NCBI GenBank assembly: GCA_963674695.2
Contig: CAXXGI010000003.1
Coordinates: 352,001-416,000 of the forward strand
Direction of reading: 5' to 3'
Length of the DNA stretch: 64,000 nt
Source of the DNA: a bacterium
GTDB lineage: Bacteria; UBA10199; 2-02-FULL-44-16; JAAZCA01
Position 1 is the first letter of the stretch. Every line of letters begins with the position of its first letter. The notes below the pieces were generated by a model. It worked only from the letters and a program-made list of their open reading frames with translations. It searched no databases and was not told the DNA's origin. Shown piece after piece: positions 57,717-64,000 of this stretch. The translations under genes were made by a program, and so were the position numbers.

Positions 57717-58616
57717 ATGCCGCATGTGATCGATCAACACATCGATTCCTATCTCACCCACCTGCGTGTGGAGCGTCAGCTCTCGGCCAATACGCTGGAG
57801 GCCTATGCGCGCGACCTGCGGCGCTTTGCGGCGTATGCGGTCGGAAAGGGGAAGGGGGAAACGGGCGCGGTTCGCGAGGAGGACGTGCTCGCGTTTCTCG
57901 TGACGTTGCATGAGGCCCATCTCAGTTCCCGGTCGGTCACGCGCACGCTCGTGACGCTGCGCGGTTTTTTTTCGCACCTGACCCGGGAGAGGATTCTCAA
58001 GAAGGATCCGACCGCGCAGATCGAGTTCCCCGGGCGCTGGAAGAAGCTGCCGCATGTCCTCAATATCCAGCAGGTCGACGAGCTCTTGGCGGCGCCCGAC
58101 CGGCGCACGGTTCTGGGGATGCGCGATCATGCCATTTTGCAGCTCTTCTATGCCTCCGGGCTTCGGATCTCCGAGATGAGCGGTCTCACCACCGACCGCA
58201 TCAACCTCCAACAGGGCTTTTGCCGTCCGTTGGGGAAGGGGAACAAGGAGCGCGTCGTGCCGGTCGGACGCGTGGCGATCGAGGCGATAAACGAATATCT
58301 GGCGGAGTCGCGGCCGCAGCTCGCGTGCAAGCGTATCACCGACGATCTCTTCCTCTCCCAGCGCGGAACGGGTATCTCGCGCCAGCGGCTCTGGGACCTG
58401 ATCAAGGGGTATGCGCGACGGGCCGGGATTGTCATCAATGTCACGCCGCACATGCTGCGGCACTCCTTTGCCACTCACCTCATCGAGGGCGGCGCCGATC
58501 TGCGCGTCGTTCAGGCCATGCTCGGGCATGCCGACGTCGCCACCACCCAGATCTACACGCACGTCTCCCAGGCGCACCTGCAGAAGCTCTACAAGCAGTT
58601 CCATCCGAGGGGGTAG
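57717..58616 (+). CDS. xerD: Site-specific tyrosine recombinase XerD
   Basis: LSANTLEAYARDL, RDHAIL..YASGLRISE, GKGNKER, TPHMLRHSFATH, LGHAD..TTQIYTHV, HPRG. Confidence 0.93.
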   Translation: MPHVIDQHIDSYLTHLRVERQLSANTLEAYARDLRRFAAYAVGKGKGETGAVREEDVLAFLVTLHEAHLSSRSVTRTLVTLRGFFSHLTRERILKKDPTAQIEFPGRWKKLPHVLNIQQVDELLAAPDRRTVLGMRDHAILQLFYASGLRISEMSGLTTDRINLQQGFCRPLGKGNKERVVPVGRVAIEAINEYLAESRPQLACKRITDDLFLSQRGTGISRQRLWDLIKGYARRAGIVINVTPHMLRHSFATHLIEGGADLRVVQAMLGHADVATTQIYTHVSQAHLQKLYKQFHPRG

Positions 58617-58628
58617 GGCGTGATAAGG

Positions 58629-58699
58629 TGTCATTCCCGCGAAAGCGGGAATCTCGCTTGTCATGGCGAATCGAGATCCCCGCGTTCGCGGGGATGACA
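58629..58699. repeat. REP doublet (GTCATTCCCGCGAAAGCGGGAATC family)
   Basis: tgtcattcccgcgaaagcgggaatctcg ... cgagatccccgcgttcgcggggatgaca. Confidence 0.85.
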
Positions 58700-58809
58700 C
58701 AAGCCAAGACTCATTTTTGTTTTAGAGGGTTATGGTCAAATATCGACACAGCCTAGATTCTCGATCAAAAGTTTGACTTTACTACCCTTTTTCAATAGTC
58801 CAGCCCGCT

Positions 58810-59481
58810 ATGCAGAGCCGTATTATCGACCTCATCCTCTTTTATCCGCTCTTCCTCTTTTCGCTCTCCTTTCATGAGGCGGCGCATGGGCTGGTGGCGG
58901 AGAAGTTCGGCGACAACACCGCGCGCCTGATGGGGCGGGTGAGCTTGTCGCCCTTTCCCCATATCGACCCGATCGGAACGGTTCTGTTGCCGATTGTGGG
59001 GATCCTGACCGGCGCTCCGGTCATCGGATGGGGCAAACCCGTGCCCGTGAACCCCTATCGGCTCAAAGGGGACATCCGGCGTTCCTCCCTCTGGGTGGCC
59101 GCCTTCGGGCCGATGAGCAACATGCTGCTCGCCGTCGGTTTTGCGATCCTCACGCACATCCTGGTCTGGCTGCTGCCCAGCCTCCCGCAGGCGTGGTTTG
59201 TGCCGGGCAGCGCTGCCGTGAACGTGATCGGGGGGATCTTCAAGATCTGCCAGATGGGGGTCATCCTCAACCTCGTGCTGGCCTTCTTCAATCTGATTCC
59301 GCTGCCGCCCCTGGACGGCGGGACGGTTTTGAGAGGCCTGTTGCCCGAATCAAGCCTTCAAGCGTTTGATTCATTTTCACGCTATGGGTTCGTGATTCTG
59401 CTTGTTTTGTTCGTTACGGGATTGTTAAAGTATCTCCTCATCCCGGTCTTCATGATTGCCGGGATCCTGTTGCCCACATAG
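58810..59481 (+). CDS. Site-2 protease (M50 family)
   Basis: HEAAHG, GWGKPVPVN, AFGPMSN, FNLIPLPPLDGG. Confidence 0.93.
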   Translation: MQSRIIDLILFYPLFLFSLSFHEAAHGLVAEKFGDNTARLMGRVSLSPFPHIDPIGTVLLPIVGILTGAPVIGWGKPVPVNPYRLKGDIRRSSLWVAAFGPMSNMLLAVGFAILTHILVWLLPSLPQAWFVPGSAAVNVIGGIFKICQMGVILNLVLAFFNLIPLPPLDGGTVLRGLLPESSLQAFDSFSRYGFVILLVLFVTGLLKYLLIPVFMIAGILLPT

Positions 59482-59612
59482 AGGTTGTCGGGAAAAGAGT
59501 TTTTGTTGTCATTCCCGAGGAATCGGGAATCTCGAAGTACTTGAAAAATCGAGATTCCCGATTCCTCGGGAATGACAACAACCGGTGAAATCGCCTTTTC
59601 CCGACAGGTTCT
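59482..59612. mobile_element. MITE-like element enclosing a REP doublet, copy 1
   Basis: TGTCGGGAAA...TTTCCCGACAGGTTCT ends; near-identical copy at 61645-61775. Confidence 0.7.
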
Positions 59613-59650
59613 CCAGAAGAGGTTTATGGTTGCGAAAGGTGAGGATGTGC

Positions 59651-60658
59651 ATGTCGGATAAGAAAATCGTCCTGAGCGGAAATCGCCCGACCGGAAAGCT
59701 GCACTGGGGAAACTACTTCGGCGCCCTGCGCAATTGGGTCGATATCCAGGACCAGTATGAATGCTATTACTTCGTCGCCGACTGGCATGCGCTGACTACG
59801 GGCTATGACCGCACCCAAGAGATCGCTCCGGCGGTCGTCGATGTCCTCAAGGATTGGTGCGCCGCCGGCCTCGATCCCGATCGCTGCACGATCTTCATCC
59901 AGTCCTGGGTCCCCGAACACGCCGAGCTGCATCTGCTGCTCTCCATGATCACGCCGCTGGGCTGGCTCGAGCGCGTGCCTTCATTCAAGGATATGCAGCA
60001 GCAGCTGACCGACCGCGACCTCAACATGTATGGATTCCTCGGCTATCCGCTCCTGCAGGCGGCCGACATCCTCCTCTACAAGGCCAACTTCGTCCCCGTC
60101 GGCGAGGATCAGGTGGCGCACCTGGAGTTCTGTCGCGAGCTCGCCCGGCGCTTTGCGCACATTACCGAAAAGGCAGCGCTCTTCGTCGAGCCACAGCCGC
60201 TGCTGACGAAATCGGCGCGCGTGCCGGGGCTCGATGGCCGGAAGATGAGCAAGAGCTTCGACAACGCCATCTATATGGCAGACGACGACGACACGATCGC
60301 CAAGAAGATGATGCAGGCCATCACCGATCCGCAGCGCAAGCGTCGCGACGATCCGGGTGATCCCGAGGTGTGCAATATCTTCGCGTATCACAAGCTCTTC
60401 ACCGACGAGGCGCGCGTGGGCGAGATCGACGGGGCCTGTCGTCGTGGCGCAATCGGTTGTGTGGATTGCAAGAAGGAGTGCATTGCAAACGCCCAGCAGT
60501 TTTGGAAGCCGATCCGGGAACGGCGCGATGCGTGGGACGGTCGCGAAGAAGAGCTGCTCGCGATGGCGCGGAAGGGCTCCACGCACGCCCGTGCCAAGGC
60601 CGAGCAGACCATGGGTGAAGTGCGCACGGCATTGGGATTGAAATATACAGAGGGATGA
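59651..60658 (+). CDS. trpS: Tryptophanyl-tRNA synthetase
   Basis: SGNRPTGKLHWGNY, YPLLQAADIL, VPVGEDQ, KMSKS. Confidence 0.97.
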   Translation: MSDKKIVLSGNRPTGKLHWGNYFGALRNWVDIQDQYECYYFVADWHALTTGYDRTQEIAPAVVDVLKDWCAAGLDPDRCTIFIQSWVPEHAELHLLLSMITPLGWLERVPSFKDMQQQLTDRDLNMYGFLGYPLLQAADILLYKANFVPVGEDQVAHLEFCRELARRFAHITEKAALFVEPQPLLTKSARVPGLDGRKMSKSFDNAIYMADDDDTIAKKMMQAITDPQRKRRDDPGDPEVCNIFAYHKLFTDEARVGEIDGACRRGAIGCVDCKKECIANAQQFWKPIRERRDAWDGREEELLAMARKGSTHARAKAEQTMGEVRTALGLKYTEG

Positions 60659-60701
60659 AAGGGAGCAGGTGCCCCAGACTGCTGACAACGTTTTCTCGTG
60701 C

Positions 60702-60776
60702 TGTCATTCCCGCGGGGGTAAGCGGGAATCTCGATTGTCAGAGTACGTCGAGATCCCCGCGTTCGCGGGGATGACA
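60702..60776. repeat. REP doublet (GTCATTCCCGCG family)
   Basis: tgtcattcccgcgggggtaagcgggaatctcg ... cgagatccccgcgttcgcggggatgaca; a related single unit lies at 25309-25345. Confidence 0.8.
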
Positions 60777-60838
60777 ACAACAGGGTTTGTCAACGATCTG
60801 GTGCCACGGGAGGCACCGCTTACTTCACTCATAATCTT

Positions 60839-61645
60839 ATGGATATGAACACACCCCACATCGACTATCGCGTGAACCTCGAGGTCTTCGAAGGGCCGCT
60901 CGATCTCCTGATGCATCTCATCAAGAAGAACGACCTCGATGTCTATGACATCCCGGTGGCCTTCGTCCTCGAAGAGTACATGCGCTATCTGGACACGCTC
61001 AAGGAACTCGACATCGATCTCGCGGGCGATTTTCTCCTGATGGCCGCGGAGCTGGCGCACATCAAGTCGCGCCTGCTGCTGCCCGATGATATCTCCGAGA
61101 ATGAAGCCGAGGAGGAGGGCGATCCGCGTGCCGAACTCGTGCGACGGCTGCTGGAATATCAGCAGTTCAAGGAGGCGGGCGAGAATCTCACCAACCGCTC
61201 CATGCTCGGTCGCGACGTCTTCGTGCCCAAGACGCGCGAACGAATCGAGACGGACGAACAGGGTCCGATCGAGGGCAGCGTCTATGAACTGGTCGAGGCC
61301 TTCTCCAAGATCCTCAAGAAGACGCCGGCCGAGGGCGTGCACGATGTCGCCGTCGATCGCATCTCGATCAACGATCGCATCTATCAGATCCTCGATCTGG
61401 TGAAGAAGGGGACGACGATCAATATCGGCGATCTGATTGCAGAACTCATCGATCGCTATCACATCGTCATCACCTTCATCGCGTTGCTCGAGATGTGTCG
61501 CCTCAAGATGATCCGCGTCTACCAGTCTGAACCCTGCGGTGCGATTCACATCCAGGGCCTGCTCGAAGAGGTGAGCGAGGACGAGGTGATGCACCTGGTC
61601 GAGGTCGAAGCGACGGGATTTGAAAAACCAGACGAGAGTAAGTAG
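60839..61645 (+). CDS. scpA: Segregation and condensation protein A
   Basis: FEGPLDLLMHLI, FLLMAAEL..IKSRLLLP, DPRAELVRRLLEY, TFIALLE. Confidence 0.95.
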   Translation: MDMNTPHIDYRVNLEVFEGPLDLLMHLIKKNDLDVYDIPVAFVLEEYMRYLDTLKELDIDLAGDFLLMAAELAHIKSRLLLPDDISENEAEEEGDPRAELVRRLLEYQQFKEAGENLTNRSMLGRDVFVPKTRERIETDEQGPIEGSVYELVEAFSKILKKTPAEGVHDVAVDRISINDRIYQILDLVKKGTTINIGDLIAELIDRYHIVITFIALLEMCRLKMIRVYQSEPCGAIHIQGLLEEVSEDEVMHLVEVEATGFEKPDESK

Positions 61646-61775
61646 TGCCTGTCGGGAAAAGGGTTTTTGCTGTCATTCCCGAGGAATCGGGAATCTCGAA
61701 GTACTTGAAAAATCGAGATTCCCGATTCCTCGGGAATGACAAAAACCGGCGAAATCGTCATTTCCCGACAGGTTC
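61645..61775. mobile_element. MITE-like element enclosing a REP doublet, copy 2
   Basis: cctgtcgggaaa ... tttcccgacagg terminal IR with internal gtcattcccgaggaatcgggaatctcg / cgagattcccgattcctcgggaatgac. Confidence 0.7.
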
Positions 61776-61923
61776 TAAGTAGTGTTTATCGAGAAACGTT
61801 ACTTTTTGTCATTCTGAGGGAGGGACGACCGAAGAATCTCCAGATGAAACGCATTATGCAGGGGATCCTTCGCTTCACTCAGGATGACAATGCGAGTTAG
61901 AGGTAAATGACGAAGGAGTCATC

Positions 61924-62901
61924 ATGGAACAGCACGAACTCAAGCCGATCGTCGAGGCGATGATCTTTGTCGCCGAAGAGCCGATCACACGCGCAAACCT
62001 TCAGAAGGCGCTCGAATCCGAGGGCGTTGAGCGCAAGGAGCTCGATGCCTGTATCGAGGCGATCGAGAAGGACTGGAACGAGGACGAAACGCGCGGAATG
62101 TTGCTCGCACAGGTGGCCGGCGGCTATCAGTTTCGCACGAAGGAGGTCTGTGCGCAGTGGCTCAAGCGCCTGATCGTGCCCAAACCGTTGCGCTTGTCCG
62201 GGCCGGCGCTCGAGACGTTGGCGATTGTCGCTTACCGCCAACCGATCGTGCGCAGCGAGGTCGAAAAGATTCGTGGCGTCGATAGCGGCGGTGTGCTCAA
62301 GACCTTGCTCGAGCGTCGCGTGTTGCGCATCGTTGGTCGTGGCGATGAGCCCGGGCAGCCGCTCCTCTACGGGACGACCAAGGAATTCCTCGAGATCTTC
62401 AACCTGAATACGTTGCGCGAACTGCCGACGCTTAAAGATATCGAGGAGCTCGCGCGCGAGCGCCGTGCCATGACCGAGAGCCCCGAGGGCGGGAACGGTT
62501 CGGAGCGCAAAGCGGGCGACGATGAGGAGCTCACCGAACGCCTCGAAGACTTCGACGATGAAGAGGAACAGACCGAAGTCATTCAGCGCAAGCCGCTCGA
62601 CGAGGATGTTGAGGAGGAAGAGAAGGACATGAATGCGTTGGCGAGCCTCGAGAAGAGCATGAAGGATCTGCGTCGTCTCGAAAAGAAGGTGTTTCCGAAG
62701 CCGTTGCCACAGGTGAATGAGGTCGCCGCCGGAGGGGGGAACGATGGCGCAACAGAAACGCTTCCAGAGGGGGGCGAGGGGGTCGTCGAGACCGTCGTCG
62801 AATCGGACGGGGCCGCGGAGGCACCGGTCATCGGCTCCGCCGCCACCGATGGCGATCCCTTCCCAGATGCGTCTGCATCGGATGATCGCCCTGTCGAGTG
62901 A
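61924..62901 (+). CDS. scpB: Segregation and condensation protein B (with acidic C-terminal extension)
   Basis: VAGGYQFRT, LETLAIVAYRQP, IRGVDS, LYGTTKEFL. Confidence 0.95.
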   Translation: MEQHELKPIVEAMIFVAEEPITRANLQKALESEGVERKELDACIEAIEKDWNEDETRGMLLAQVAGGYQFRTKEVCAQWLKRLIVPKPLRLSGPALETLAIVAYRQPIVRSEVEKIRGVDSGGVLKTLLERRVLRIVGRGDEPGQPLLYGTTKEFLEIFNLNTLRELPTLKDIEELARERRAMTESPEGGNGSERKAGDDEELTERLEDFDDEEEQTEVIQRKPLDEDVEEEEKDMNALASLEKSMKDLRRLEKKVFPKPLPQVNEVAAGGGNDGATETLPEGGEGVVETVVESDGAAEAPVIGSAATDGDPFPDASASDDRPVE

Positions 62902-63619
62902 ACTCTCGCGTCGGGCCGCCGAGGAAGCGATTCTCGCTTGGCGCGTGAGCGTGGGCGGTCAGATCATCACGACGCTGGGCACCTCGATCGATCCGCGTGC
63001 GGATGAGGTGACCCTCGATGGACGTCGGCTTCACCTCAAGGCACAGCGTACCTACCTGGCGTTCAATAAACCCCGCAGCGTGATGTGCACCAAGCGCGAT
63101 CCGGAAGGGCGATGCACCATCTGGGAGCTCGATGCCCTCAAAGAATTGAAGCGTTCGCTCAATACCGTGGGGCGTCTCGACTACGATTCCGAAGGGCTCC
63201 TGCTGCTCAGCGACGACGGTGATTTTATCAATCGCCTCACCCATCCCCGCCACGAGGTCTGGAAGGTTTACAGCGCTCGAGTGAAGGGCCAGCCGACGCA
63301 GGACGACCTGATGAAACTCCGCAAGGGGGTGCGATTGGACGATGGCATGACGCTTCCCGCCAAAGTGCGTCGCCTCGATCCGGGCGGCGCCAACGCGCTT
63401 CTCGAGATCGGTATCCGTGAAGGACGCAATCGCCAAGTGCGCCGCATGTGCGATGCGATTGGATTTCCCGTCATTGCGCTGCGCCGCACGCAGGTTGGCC
63501 CTGTGAAGATCGGGCGATTGAAATCCGGCGTCGCCCGCCGGCTGCGCGCCGACGAGGTGCAAAAACTCTTGGCGGAGGAGGGGAGGGGAAAAAACCGAAG
63601 GGTGAAGGGTGAAGGGTGA
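62849..63619 (+). CDS. rluB: 23S rRNA pseudouridine synthase (RluB/RsuA family)
   Basis: S4 domain (SRRAAEE), FNKP, VGRLDYDSEGLLLL, EGRNRQVRRM. Start is 62849 or 62867. Confidence 0.9.
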   Translation: MAIPSQMRLHRMIALSSELSRRAAEEAILAWRVSVGGQIITTLGTSIDPRADEVTLDGRRLHLKAQRTYLAFNKPRSVMCTKRDPEGRCTIWELDALKELKRSLNTVGRLDYDSEGLLLLSDDGDFINRLTHPRHEVWKVYSARVKGQPTQDDLMKLRKGVRLDDGMTLPAKVRRLDPGGANALLEIGIREGRNRQVRRMCDAIGFPVIALRRTQVGPVKIGRLKSGVARRLRADEVQKLLAEEGRGKNRRVKGEG

Positions 63620-63630
63620 AGGGCGAAGGA
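63596..63630 (+). repeat. Heptamer tandem repeat ((T/C)GAAGGG) x4-5
   Basis: cgaaggg tgaaggg tgaaggg tgaaggg cgaagga across the rluB stop. Confidence 0.8.
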
Positions 63631-63703
63631 TTTTGGCTTTAGCCTGTCATCCCCGACTCAAGCACTCGGGAATGACAAACAAAAAGATCTTATCCCCCAA
63701 GAA

Positions 63704-63964
63704 TTATCGCTGATACGCTTCCCTTCGATGCGCTACCCGGATGATCTCGATCTGCACGAGTTTTCTTCTGATGAAATAGACCACTCGATAATCACCAACC
63801 CGGTAGGACCAGTATTCCTTGAGTTCTCCTTTGAGCCGCTTTCCCAGATGGGGATCCGTGGCGAGTTTGGCGATAGCCTGTGCGATGCGGAGGCGTACGA
63901 TCTTGGTCAACCGGAGGAATTGTTTTTCGGCAATCGGGGCGAAGATGATTCGATACTTATGCAT
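63704..63964 (-). CDS. RelE/ParE-family toxin
   Basis: LATDPHLGKRLKGEL..YWSYRVGDYRVVY..IIRVAHRREAY. Confidence 0.92.
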   Translation of the reverse strand: MHKYRIIFAPIAEKQFLRLTKIVRLRIAQAIAKLATDPHLGKRLKGELKEYWSYRVGDYRVVYFIRRKLVQIEIIRVAHRREAYQR

Positions 63965-64000
63965 GGAGCTTCTCCAGGATCTTCTCGAATGGTGTCCCCT
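63957..64000 (-). CDS. Partial 3' end of a probable cognate antitoxin
   Basis: ...GTPFEKILEKLHA* overlaps the toxin start, as is typical of type II TA pairs. Confidence 0.5.
   Translation of the reverse strand, partial: GTPFEKILEKLHA

Noticed and set aside
57717-58616. Tyrosine recombinase next to the paralog array as a shufflon or island integrase
   Set aside because: It has canonical XerD motifs and sits in the housekeeping xerD-S2P-trpS-scpAB-rluB context. All array genes are in direct orientation and no inversion sites were seen.

Overview
GC-rich bacterial chromosomal window. The gene content looks deltaproteobacterial/Myxococcota/Bdellovibrionota-like (TSP3-OmpA protein, MYXO-CTERM-type protein, xerD-site-2 protease-trpS-scpAB-rluB order); this taxonomy is inference. 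Housekeeping genes (guaB, guaA, dnaE, hflX, lipB, dsbD, folE, trmB, xerD, trpS, scpA, scpB, rluB) flank a ~23-kb accessory region (33.4-56.6 kb). That region holds three operons built from two TelA-like genes, seven paralogs of an unrecognised family ('family A': disordered leader, hypervariable two-helix hydrophobic hairpin, three internal helical repeats) and two paralogs of a second unrecognised family ('family B'). The TelA-like and family A proteins share a low-complexity N-terminal leader with a GD(A/S)F(E)-type motif. All three operons, plus a neighbouring 1327-aa protein with a JAB/MPN-like C-terminus, are preceded by the exact motif CGCAAC-N16-CGATAA (sigma-28-like -10). The best candidate for a novel system is therefore a co-regulated, recombination-diversified array of putative secreted or membrane-inserting effectors. 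The window also has a ~240-nt covarying structured non-coding element (3 copies), an IS110/IS1111 element whose empty target site is present in the duplicated copy, and many REP/MITE-like palindromes. No rRNA, tRNA or CRISPR array was recognised. All product calls come from reading motifs by eye, with no database searches.
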